DNA of 64,000 nt from an uncultured Clostridia bacterium (GTDB taxonomy: Bacteria; Bacillota; Clostridia; UMGS1810). The notes beneath the pieces were generated by a model, which saw nothing but the letters and a program-made list of their open reading frames with translations, did not search any database and was not told the origin of the DNA. This document shows positions 51,055 to 59,854 of the stretch, one piece after another; position 1 is the stretch's first letter, and every line of letters begins with the position of its first letter. The position numbers and the translations under genes are program-made. The DNA is taken from positions 71,671-135,670 of the forward strand of contig CAKSTL010000005.1 in the NCBI GenBank assembly GCA_934500875.1, given 5' to 3'.

Positions 51055-51478
51055 CGGTCCGAACATTGATATGCTGGGCATAAGGGAGCCTGAAATCTAC
51101 GGCGAGGCAACATATGCAAACCTTCTTGAAATGCTCTCTTTGTATGCCGAAGAAAAAAATGTTGACATTGTGCCGTTTCAGTCCAATATCGAGGGCGAGA
51201 TTGTAAACGCAATCCACACGGCTTATTTTGACGGTTTTGACGGCATTGTGATAAACCCTGCCGCATACACTCACTACAGCATTGCCGTTGCGGACGCAAT
51301 AAAGGCGGTGGATACGCCGTGCGTTGAGGTGCATTTGTCAAATATTTCGGCACGTGACGACTTCAGAAAAACCTCGTACACTGCGCAAAACTGTGTAGGT
51401 CAGATTGCAGGATTCGGATTTTTCGGCTACAAAATGGCAATAGACGCACTTATCAATATGGGTAAAAACTATGAATAA
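51035..51478 (+). CDS. aroQ: type II 3-dehydroquinate dehydratase
   Basis: The motifs NGPNIDMLGIREPEIYG and INPAAYTH are present. Confidence 0.9.
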   Translation: MKIMVINGPNIDMLGIREPEIYGEATYANLLEMLSLYAEEKNVDIVPFQSNIEGEIVNAIHTAYFDGFDGIVINPAAYTHYSIAVADAIKAVDTPCVEVHLSNISARDDFRKTSYTAQNCVGQIAGFGFFGYKMAIDALINMGKNYE

Positions 51479-51974
51479 TATATATTTTACGGGTATGCCC
51501 GGCTGCGGAAAAACCACGCTGGGCATATCTTTGGCAAAGAGGTTCGGCAAAAAGTTTATTGACCTTGACGATTTTATCGAAAAAAGGCTCGGTATGAAGA
51601 TAAGCGAGGTTTTTGCGTCTTTCGGCGAGGATTTTTTCAGAAAGGAAGAGGGCGCCTGCCTTCTTGAAGTTTCAAAGGAAAACGGCGTTTTTGTGTCCAC
51701 GGGCGGCGGAATTGTTAAAAATGCGGAAAATATAAAAATTATGAAAAACAGCGGAACGGTTATTTATATCAACACGCCCGCAGAAAATATACTGCAAAAT
51801 TCCGCTCTTTTAAACCGTCCTCTTTTAAAGGACAAAAACGCAATTTTTAAGCTTTATGACGAGCGCAGGGCACTGTATGAAAATTCGGCGGATTTTGCAT
51901 ATGACAACCTTTCTGCAAAAGAAAAAGCGGAAGATGAGCTTTTTTGCATACTGGAAAAAATTTTAAATAAGTAG
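51471..51974 (+). CDS. aroK: shikimate kinase
   Basis: A Walker A motif (GMPGCGKTT) is present in a 167 aa product. Confidence 0.85.
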   Translation: MNNIYFTGMPGCGKTTLGISLAKRFGKKFIDLDDFIEKRLGMKISEVFASFGEDFFRKEEGACLLEVSKENGVFVSTGGGIVKNAENIKIMKNSGTVIYINTPAENILQNSALLNRPLLKDKNAIFKLYDERRALYENSADFAYDNLSAKEKAEDELFCILEKILNK

Positions 51975-51994
51975 CTTTAAAAGGAGAATTTGCG

Positions 51995-53533
51995 ATGGCG
52001 GAAACGGTAAAAATTTTTGACACAACCTTAAGGGACGGCGAACAGTCGCCCGGCTGCACTATGAATCTGAAAGAAAAGCTTCAGGTTGCACGAAAGCTTG
52101 AAGAGCTTAACGTTGATATTATCGAAGCAGGCTTTGCGGCGTCAAGCAAGGGCGATTTTGCCTCGATAGAAGAAATTTCAAAAATCGTAAAAAATGCGTC
52201 GGTTGCAGGTCTTTCACGCCTTGTCGAAAGCGATATAGACCTTTCGGCAGACGCTTTAAAAGACGCTGCAAGCCCAAGACTGCACCTTTTTATCGCAACA
52301 TCTCCCATACATATGAAGTATAAACTTAAAATGAGTCCCGACGAGGTGATACAAAGCATAGAGAGAGCGGTAAAATACGCAAAAAATAAAATCGGCGACA
52401 TAGAATTTTCAGCCGAGGACGCAACAAGAAGCGATTTTGACTTTCTTATGCGTGCCGTAAACACTGCGGTTGCGGCAGGGGCGACAACCATAAACATTCC
52501 CGATACGGTGGGATATTCCACGCCGCTTGAATTTTCGGCGTTTATCAAAAAAATTATGGAAAATATTATTTCTCCCGAAAAAATTACCCTTTCGGTGCAT
52601 TGCCACAACGATTTGGGTCTTGCCACGGCAAATTCGCTTGCAGCGGTAAAATCGGGCGCACGCCAGATTGAGTGCACCGTGAACGGAATAGGCGAGAGGG
52701 CAGGAAATGCGGCGCTTGAGGAAATTGTTATGGCGCTTAATGTGCGGAATAATTTTTATGACGCAAAAACCAATATAAATACCTCGTTTATCGTGCCGGC
52801 TTCAAGGACGGTCAGCGCCGTTACGGGTTCTGTTGTTCAGCCAAACAAGGCGATTGTCGGAAAAAATGCGTTTTTGCACGAGGCGGGCATACATCAGCAC
52901 GGCATTATGGAAAACAAGGCGACATACGAAATTATGACTCCCGAAGAGGTCGGCTACAAACAGCAGCAGCTTATTTTGGGAAAACATTCCGGAAGGCACG
53001 CTTTTGAAAAGTGGCTTACAGAGAACAATCACGTTGTGACCAAGGAGGAAGAAAAAGAGCTGTTTAAAAAGTTCAAGCAGCTTTGCGACAAGAAAAAAAC
53101 CATTACAGAGCGTGATTTGGAGGCTCTTGTGCAGAATAAAATTTCTGTCGGCGAAGAAAAATTCAAGCTTAAACGCTTTGTTATAAACGTTGGAAACACA
53201 ATAACCAGCACGGCGGTTTTGACCGTTACTGCGGACGGAAAGGACATTGAGGACGTTGCAATCGGCGACGGCCCGGTTGACGCTGCGTTTAAGGCGATTG
53301 AAAAAATTGCCGGCGTTACGCCATCTCTTGACGATTACAACATCCGTTCCATCACCCAGGGCGTGGATTCGCTCGGCGAGGCGCTTGTCCGCCTTAAATA
53401 CAAAGACCGCTATTTTAAGGGCAGAGGTCTTAGCACCGACGTTATTGAGGCAAGCATTTTTGCCTATATAGACGCTGTAAACAAACTTGAGGCGGTTGTA
53501 TCTGAAGGGGGTGCGGATGAAAATGAAGGTTGA
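51995..53533 (+). CDS. leuA: 2-isopropylmalate synthase
   Basis: The motifs DTTLRDGEQSPG and HCHNDLG are present. A C-terminal LeuA regulatory/dimerisation domain is present. The length is 512 aa. Confidence 0.85.
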   Translation: MAETVKIFDTTLRDGEQSPGCTMNLKEKLQVARKLEELNVDIIEAGFAASSKGDFASIEEISKIVKNASVAGLSRLVESDIDLSADALKDAASPRLHLFIATSPIHMKYKLKMSPDEVIQSIERAVKYAKNKIGDIEFSAEDATRSDFDFLMRAVNTAVAAGATTINIPDTVGYSTPLEFSAFIKKIMENIISPEKITLSVHCHNDLGLATANSLAAVKSGARQIECTVNGIGERAGNAALEEIVMALNVRNNFYDAKTNINTSFIVPASRTVSAVTGSVVQPNKAIVGKNAFLHEAGIHQHGIMENKATYEIMTPEEVGYKQQQLILGKHSGRHAFEKWLTENNHVVTKEEEKELFKKFKQLCDKKKTITERDLEALVQNKISVGEEKFKLKRFVINVGNTITSTAVLTVTADGKDIEDVAIGDGPVDAAFKAIEKIAGVTPSLDDYNIRSITQGVDSLGEALVRLKYKDRYFKGRGLSTDVIEASIFAYIDAVNKLEAVVSEGGADENEG

Positions 53534-55097
53534 AATATTTGACTGTACGCTCCGTGAGGGGGTTCAGTCGCAGGGGATAAGTATGAGCAACGAGGACAGG
53601 CTTAAAATCGCAAAAAAGCTTGACAGTATCGGAATTGATTATATCGAAGCCGGAAATCCTGCCTCAAACCCCAAGGAAACGGAATTTTTCGGCTCTGTGA
53701 ACGGCACGGGATTTAAAAAATCGAAAATTGTCGCTTTCGGCAGCACAAGAAGGGCGCATACCGAGGTGTCAAAGGACGAAGGGATTAAAAATCTTATAGA
53801 TGCCGGCACCGATATCGTTACGGTTTTCGGAAAATCGTGGGATTTTCACGTTACCGATATCCTCGGCGCATATCTTTACGAAAATTTAAATATGATTTAC
53901 GACACGGTGTGTTACCTAAAAGAAAACGGCAAAGAGGTTTTTTATGACGCAGAGCATTTTTTTGACGGTCTTAAGCATAATAGGGAATATGCCCTAAAAA
54001 CCATTGAGGCGGCATATTACGGCGGTGCGTCGAGAATAATTTTGTGCGATACAAACGGCGGCGCATTTCCGGATGAGATTGAAAAGGCTGTATGCGAGCT
54101 TTCGGAAAAATATAAAAATATGATTGGCATACACTGCCACGACGACTGCGGAATGGCGGTTGCAAATTCTCTTGCGGCGGTAAAGGGCGGCGCTGTTATG
54201 GTTCAGGGCACGCTTTGCGGCTGCGGCGAGAGGTGCGGTAATGCAAATCTTGCCACGGTTATAGCAAATCTGCAAACAAAAATGGGCATTGACGCAATAG
54301 GCGATAACCTTAAAAACCTTACCGAAGCGTGCGTGTATGTATCGGACGTTGCAAACCAGACTCTTTCGCCCAATGCGCCGTATGTGGGCAGAAACGCATT
54401 TGCGCACAAGGGCGGTATGCATATTGACGCTGTGTGCAAAGAGCCGAAATCGTTTGAGCATATCCCTCCCGAAACGGTGGGCAACAAGCGAAGAATTCTT
54501 GTGTCGGAGGTAAGCGGAAAAAGTGCGGTTTATTCAAAAATACAAAAGCTTTTTCCCGAGATTAAAAAAAGCGACCCTGCGGTTGCAAAAATTACAAAAC
54601 GCTTTAAAGAGCTTGAGCATTTGGGATATCAGTTTGAGGCGGCGGAGGGCAGCGCAGAGCTTGTAATACGAAAAATAATCGGCAAATATTCCACCGTTTT
54701 TACGCTTAATATGTTCAGGATTTTAAGCGAACAGGACAGCAGCCGCAAAAGCAATCTTACAACGGCGCTCATAAGCATAAGCGTAAACGGAAAGTCTGAG
54801 ATTACCGCCGTTGAAGGAAACGGCCCGGTAAACGCACTCGACAAGGCGTTACGAAAAGCGGCGGAGGTTTTTTATCCGCAGATTAAAAACGTAAAACTTT
54901 TGGATTACAAGGTAAGGGTTATAGATTCCAAAGCAACGGCTTCGACGGTACGGGTGCTTATTGAATCGTGCGACGGCAAGGAACGCTGGACAACCGTCGG
55001 CGTGTCGGACGACGTTATCAAGGCAAGCTGGATTGCGCTTGTCGATTCTATTGAACTTAAAATAATAAAAGACTCGGAAAAAGGTGAAAAACAATGA
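53517..55097 (+). CDS. cimA: (R)-citramalate synthase-type LeuA-family protein
   Basis: The motifs DCTLREGVQSQG and HCHDDCGMAVANSLAAVKGG are present. The roughly 526 aa length and sequence are typical of CimA (TIGR00977-like). It overlaps the leuA stop. Confidence 0.75.
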   Translation: MKMKVEIFDCTLREGVQSQGISMSNEDRLKIAKKLDSIGIDYIEAGNPASNPKETEFFGSVNGTGFKKSKIVAFGSTRRAHTEVSKDEGIKNLIDAGTDIVTVFGKSWDFHVTDILGAYLYENLNMIYDTVCYLKENGKEVFYDAEHFFDGLKHNREYALKTIEAAYYGGASRIILCDTNGGAFPDEIEKAVCELSEKYKNMIGIHCHDDCGMAVANSLAAVKGGAVMVQGTLCGCGERCGNANLATVIANLQTKMGIDAIGDNLKNLTEACVYVSDVANQTLSPNAPYVGRNAFAHKGGMHIDAVCKEPKSFEHIPPETVGNKRRILVSEVSGKSAVYSKIQKLFPEIKKSDPAVAKITKRFKELEHLGYQFEAAEGSAELVIRKIIGKYSTVFTLNMFRILSEQDSSRKSNLTTALISISVNGKSEITAVEGNGPVNALDKALRKAAEVFYPQIKNVKLLDYKVRVIDSKATASTVRVLIESCDGKERWTTVGVSDDVIKASWIALVDSIELKIIKDSEKGEKQ

Positions 55098-55645
55098 AAC
55101 GGTTAAACAACGATTTGGCGTTTATTATAATCGCCGCAGTTTTTGCCGCCTCCGGGCTTTTGGGAACGTTTCTTCAAAAGTACGATACTTCGTTTTCCGA
55201 CGCAGAGCTTTCCGAAAAGATTGTGACAAGCGAAGTAAACGACGATATTTCGGTGCACGTAAAGGGCGCTGTCAAAAACGAGGGTGTGTATAAGTTTAAA
55301 GAGGGCGACAGGCTGGAGGACGCTTTGTCCGCTGCCGGCGGTCCTTCGGATAACGCCGACATCGAAAGAGTTAATCTTGCAAGCTTTCTGTCGGACGGCG
55401 AAGAGATTTATTTTCCCGAAAAGGGCGAGAATTTTTCGGTTACGAAAAGTGGCATCGTAAACATCAACGAGGCGGATGCGGATACTCTTAAAACCATTCC
55501 GGGCATAAGCGAAAGGCTTGCGGAAAAGATTGTTCAATACAGAGATGAAAACGGAAAATTTGAAAACAAAGCCGACATTATAAACGTAAGCGGCATCGGC
55601 GAAAAAACATATGCGGCAATTGCGCCGTACATAATGGCAGGGTAG
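55094..55645 (+). CDS. comEA: ComEA family DNA-binding protein (SLBB plus tandem helix-hairpin-helix)
   Basis: An N-terminal TM segment and an SLBB-like region (VHVKGAVKNEGVYKF) are present. C-terminal HhH motifs follow (INEADADTLKTIPGISERLAEKIV, GIGEKTYAAI). Confidence 0.8.
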   Translation: MKRLNNDLAFIIIAAVFAASGLLGTFLQKYDTSFSDAELSEKIVTSEVNDDISVHVKGAVKNEGVYKFKEGDRLEDALSAAGGPSDNADIERVNLASFLSDGEEIYFPEKGENFSVTKSGIVNINEADADTLKTIPGISERLAEKIVQYRDENGKFENKADIINVSGIGEKTYAAIAPYIMAG

Positions 55646-55704
55646 AAATCTTTGCGTCTTTATCGTGCAAAGTTTAAAAATTACGGATAATTTTGTCAAA
55701 ACTA

Positions 55705-55733
55705 TTGCAAAAGTTAAAAATATGCTGTATAAT
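55705..55733 (+). promoter_or_regulatory. sigma-A type promoter upstream of yajC
   Basis: TTGCAA is followed by a 17 nt spacer and an extended -10 TGTATAAT. Confidence 0.45.
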
Positions 55734-55769
55734 AAATGTTACTAACTTAAAAAATGAGGTGCTATTATA

Positions 55770-56114
55770 ATGTTTTTTGAAACAGTTTTTGCAGAGCCGG
55801 CAGCAACGGCGGCAAACGGTGCGGCAGCAACGGGCGGAAGCCTTATTTCAGCTTTTGCTTTGCCGGTTATTATGATTGTGGTTTTGTATTTTATTATGAT
55901 AAGACCGCAGAGAAAAAAGGACAAGCTCGTTAAAGAAATGCTTTCGCAGCTTACGGTTGGCGACAAAATACTTACAATCGGCGGTATTCACGGCAAAATT
56001 ACGGCGATAAAGGATGACAAGCTCATTATCGAATCGGGTATGGGCGCAGACGTTTCGCATATTAAAATTGAAAAATGGGCTGTTAAAGAGGTTATAAAAC
56101 CCTACGAAGCTTAA
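55770..56114 (+). CDS. yajC: preprotein translocase subunit YajC
   Basis: A single TM segment is followed by the conserved IMIRPQRKK.K...M...L..GD...T.GG..G.I motif. Confidence 0.9.
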   Translation: MFFETVFAEPAATAANGAAATGGSLISAFALPVIMIVVLYFIMIRPQRKKDKLVKEMLSQLTVGDKILTIGGIHGKITAIKDDKLIIESGMGADVSHIKIEKWAVKEVIKPYEA

Positions 56115-56172
56115 AATTTTGTAATTAAATCGCAATTCCCCGAATAAGCTTAAATATAAAGCTTTATTCGGG

Positions 56173-56586
56173 GTGATTTTTTTGAAAAAAACTGAATTTT
56201 CCGTCAGCGAAGAAACAGGCGCGTCAAAAATAAAAACCATACTTATTTCGGTTGGCGCCGCATATCTTATATCGCTGCTTCTGCTGCTTGTTCTGGCGGT
56301 TTTGGTTACATATACATCTTTAAACGAGGATATTTCGGCAGCAGCGGTCGGAATAATCGGTGCGGTTTCTGCCCTCGCCGCAGGAATAATTGCGGCAAAA
56401 AATGCGCAGTCGAGAGGATACCTTCACGGTATGATTGCGGCGGTTATATACAGAATTCTGCTGTCTGTTGCGGGTGAGCTTATTTATACCGGCGCCGACT
56501 TCGGATTAAAATTTTTCTTGTCGCTTGCGCTTGCGGCAGTTTTCGGCGCAATCGGCGGTATTATAGGAATTAATATAGGAAAATAA
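56173..56586 (+). CDS. small polytopic membrane protein, TIGR04086-like (YrzE-type), commonly found downstream of yajC in Clostridia
   Basis: The 137 aa product has 3-4 TM helices with G/A-rich faces. The family assignment is by resemblance only. Confidence 0.5.
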   Translation: MIFLKKTEFSVSEETGASKIKTILISVGAAYLISLLLLLVLAVLVTYTSLNEDISAAAVGIIGAVSALAAGIIAAKNAQSRGYLHGMIAAVIYRILLSVAGELIYTGADFGLKFFLSLALAAVFGAIGGIIGINIGK

Positions 56587-56606
56587 CGCATACTTTCTGC
56601 CATAAA

Positions 56607-56645
56607 AAATATCCGTCTGCACATCGTTTGCGCAGGCGGATATTT
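56607..56645. terminator. bidirectional hairpin terminator between convergent genes
   Basis: AAATATCCGTCTGC and GCAGGCGGATATTT form a near-perfect stem. Confidence 0.5.
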
Positions 56646-56717
56646 GCTTTGAAGGCATTTTGCCTCCGTTGCAGATACATATTTATATAGGGTGATTACG
56701 GGCATATTTTTTAAAAA

Positions 56718-59714
56718 TTATGCGTCTTTTGAAAAAGGCTCTATCGTAATTTCAAAATCAATCTTATCGCCGGGGTTAATTCTCGCATCTTCGCTCGGAA
56801 CCTGACCTCCCACGGACTTTGAGCCTACTCCGCTCATAAAAAAGTCAATGTAGAGAAAGAGATTTTTGCTGTTTTTAAGTTCATACAAGTGCCGTGCGTT
56901 TGTCATTTCGTGAATGTCATAACGGCTTGCCGAAAACGAGAAGTTTCCGCACACCTTAATGCCGTTTGAGTTTTTGTCGGTAACGGTGACAAATTTTGTT
57001 CCGCACCGGCTTTGGCACTCCTGCGGTTTTTCGTAATGCTGCGATAAATCGTCAACTGTGTAACCGTAAAGATTGCGCACAGCGCCCGAGCATTTGTCGG
57101 CATAGCACTCCATAGGGCCTTTTCCGAAGTATTTTATATTGTCAAATTCTTCTCCGAGCGCAAAAACGTAACCGTATCGGGGAAGCCAGTACGGCAGCGT
57201 TTCATTGAAAAAGCCTTTTTGCGAAATTCTGATTTTTCCGTTTCCGTAAAAGACAAATTCATATTTTGCCTCTGCAATGTGCCTTCTTCCCTGGACGGCA
57301 AAAATAAGGTCGCCGCTTATTTTGAAAAATCCTTCGCCCTCCTCGGTTTTAATGTTTTTGAGCACCTGCTCGGGATATTCAATATTGCCGAATTCCCTTG
57401 TCATATTCCATTTTTCTTTCATATTCGACACCTTAACGGGCGCATTGTCGTTGTCCGTCGGCGCACGCCAGCAGTTTATTGCCTGCGGCGCATTAAGAAT
57501 TTCTTTTCCGCCCGTTTTCATAGATACAATTGTGCCGTCGTCGGTCGAAAATGTGTATTCAAAGTTTTTGCCGCTTATTGTTATATCGGCAAAATTTCTT
57601 TTTACACAGGGCGTTTCGGTGCATATTTTGTCCTCTTTGCACACGCCGTTTAATTCAAACTGAAATCTTGCAATTTCGTGTCCTTTATCGCACCAGTCGG
57701 TCTTGTTTTTAAACCTTGCAAAAACTGTAAGATACGAAAGGCTTTCGGACGAAAGCTTAAGATTAAGCTTTGCTTTTTCGCTTTTTCCGGGCTTGGTGTC
57801 AACAAAAAAGCTCTCTTTTTCAATAACTTTTCCGCACACCTCGGTCTGCGCCGTAAATTCAATGTACGAAAGGTCGCAGAAATAGTTTCGGTTAAAAATT
57901 TCTATTTCAGCCAAGTTTTTATCGGGCATAAAAATTCTTACCGGCGCAAAAACCGCCTTTGCCTCACAGAGCGCAGAATGTGCGATTCTGTCGGGATTTA
58001 CAATTCCGTCCATACAAACGTTTCTTAAATTGTGCTTGTCGCCAAAATCTCCGCCGTAGCCGTAATATTCTTTTCCGTTTTCGTTTTTAAGGCAGAGTGC
58101 ATGGTCGCACCATTCCCAGATAAACCCTCCCATAAAGCGTTTGTCGCTTTCAAAAAGGTCGTCATATGCCTTAAGGTCGCCGCAGCTGTTGCCCATTGCG
58201 TGAGAATACTCGCACAACAGGATGGGGTTTGTGTTCTGCTCGTCGTCATAAAATGTTTTAAGCGTTTCAATGGGCGTATACATATGCGAATAAATGTCCA
58301 AAAGCGGCTTTACGTCGGGATTATTTGCATATTCGTGGTTGGGCATTTTCTGCGCAACGCCCTCGTACTGCAAAATTCGGGTATCATCATAGCTGCGTAT
58401 AAATTCCGCCTCTTTTTTTATGTTTTCGCCCCAGCTCGATTCGTTTCCGAGCGACCAGATAATAACCGAGGTATAGTTTTTAAGAGCGTACACCATTCGG
58501 TGCGCCCTGTCAAGAATTGCCCCTTCAAACACGGGATTGTCGTTTATCGCTTCAAAATCGTCGGGGTAATATCCGCCGTGGCACTCCATATCCGCCTCGG
58601 CAATCACATAAAATCCAAGCTCGTCGCACAGCTCATAAAAATCGTGAGTATTCGGATAGTGCGAACAGCGTATTGCGTTGATGTTGTTTTTCTTCATCAT
58701 AAGAAGGTCACGCTTTATATGCTCGGTATTCACCGTGTAGCCCGTTCTCGGGTCGCTGTCGTGGCGGTTTACGCCGTAAAATTTTATGGGTGCGCCGTTG
58801 AAATAAAAAACGCTGTCTTTAACCTTAACGCTTCTGAACCCGAATTTCTGGCGGATAAATTCATTGCCGCACTTAAGGATAAGCGTATACAGATACGGTT
58901 TTTCTGCCGACCATAATTTGTGATTTTCAACGGTAAATTCTGCCTTGCCGTCCGATTTTTTTTCGGCGATAAGGTTGTTTTCGGCGTCGAATACCGAGAG
59001 CGAAAATTCTTTGTCCGATGCAACATCCGCAAAAACCCTTCCGCTTTCGGGGTCTGCTTTTATAAAAAAGTCACGGACGCACTCTTTTTCACGTTCAAGA
59101 ATAAAAACGCTTCTGAAAATTCCCGAAAGCCTTATTTTGTCCTGGTCCTCAATGTATGAGCCGCTGCACCACTTCAAAACCATTACGCAAAGCCTGTTTG
59201 AGCCGTTTTTCAAATAAGGCGTTATATCAAACGCCGAGTCGCAGTGCGGACATTCGCCGTAGCCTGCAAACGAGCCGTTGAGCCATACATAAAACGACGA
59301 ATCAACGCCTTCAAAGTGAAGTTCGTAGTTTTTATCCTCGCATTTTTCAATTTCAAATTCACGTATGTATTCCCCGACGGGGTTCTTTTGCGGAACGTTC
59401 GGAGGGTCGAAAATAAAGGTGTAGGGCGACGACTGATACTGCGCATTGCCGTAGCCGAAGCACTGCTGACAGGACGGAACGGGAATTTTATCAAAGTGCG
59501 AATAATCAAAGCCTTCTTCAAAAAAGCGGTCTGCCTTTGAAATACTGTCTTTATACAAAAAATTCCACTCGCCGTCAAGAAGATGAAAATAAGACGATTT
59601 TGTGCGGTCAAAGTCTATTTCGTCCGCACTTGCAAACGGAATGAAATACGCTCTGTCGTCAAGCTCGTTTACCCTGAAAATTTCCGGATTTTTCCACTCT
59701 GTATATCTTTCCAT
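56718..59714 (-). CDS. beta-galactosidase, glycoside hydrolase family 2 (LacZ-like)
   Basis: The 998 aa product contains a GH2 sugar-binding region and a TIM barrel. Acid/base and nucleophile regions (WSLGNESS, ILLCEYSHAMGNS) are present. A C-terminal small-chain domain is present. There is no signal peptide. Confidence 0.85.
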   Translation of the reverse strand: MERYTEWKNPEIFRVNELDDRAYFIPFASADEIDFDRTKSSYFHLLDGEWNFLYKDSISKADRFFEEGFDYSHFDKIPVPSCQQCFGYGNAQYQSSPYTFIFDPPNVPQKNPVGEYIREFEIEKCEDKNYELHFEGVDSSFYVWLNGSFAGYGECPHCDSAFDITPYLKNGSNRLCVMVLKWCSGSYIEDQDKIRLSGIFRSVFILEREKECVRDFFIKADPESGRVFADVASDKEFSLSVFDAENNLIAEKKSDGKAEFTVENHKLWSAEKPYLYTLILKCGNEFIRQKFGFRSVKVKDSVFYFNGAPIKFYGVNRHDSDPRTGYTVNTEHIKRDLLMMKKNNINAIRCSHYPNTHDFYELCDELGFYVIAEADMECHGGYYPDDFEAINDNPVFEGAILDRAHRMVYALKNYTSVIIWSLGNESSWGENIKKEAEFIRSYDDTRILQYEGVAQKMPNHEYANNPDVKPLLDIYSHMYTPIETLKTFYDDEQNTNPILLCEYSHAMGNSCGDLKAYDDLFESDKRFMGGFIWEWCDHALCLKNENGKEYYGYGGDFGDKHNLRNVCMDGIVNPDRIAHSALCEAKAVFAPVRIFMPDKNLAEIEIFNRNYFCDLSYIEFTAQTEVCGKVIEKESFFVDTKPGKSEKAKLNLKLSSESLSYLTVFARFKNKTDWCDKGHEIARFQFELNGVCKEDKICTETPCVKRNFADITISGKNFEYTFSTDDGTIVSMKTGGKEILNAPQAINCWRAPTDNDNAPVKVSNMKEKWNMTREFGNIEYPEQVLKNIKTEEGEGFFKISGDLIFAVQGRRHIAEAKYEFVFYGNGKIRISQKGFFNETLPYWLPRYGYVFALGEEFDNIKYFGKGPMECYADKCSGAVRNLYGYTVDDLSQHYEKPQECQSRCGTKFVTVTDKNSNGIKVCGNFSFSASRYDIHEMTNARHLYELKNSKNLFLYIDFFMSGVGSKSVGGQVPSEDARINPGDKIDFEITIEPFSKDA

Positions 59715-59854
59715 ATGATTTGTACCTCTTTACAAATAAAAATCTTTATGTTATGCTAATTATATAAAAATGAGAAAAAAAGCGCAACAAAATAAGAAAA
59801 ATTTGCTGTATATTTAAAAAAAATGCTACAAAAACTGCCCTTTCGAGGTGAAAA

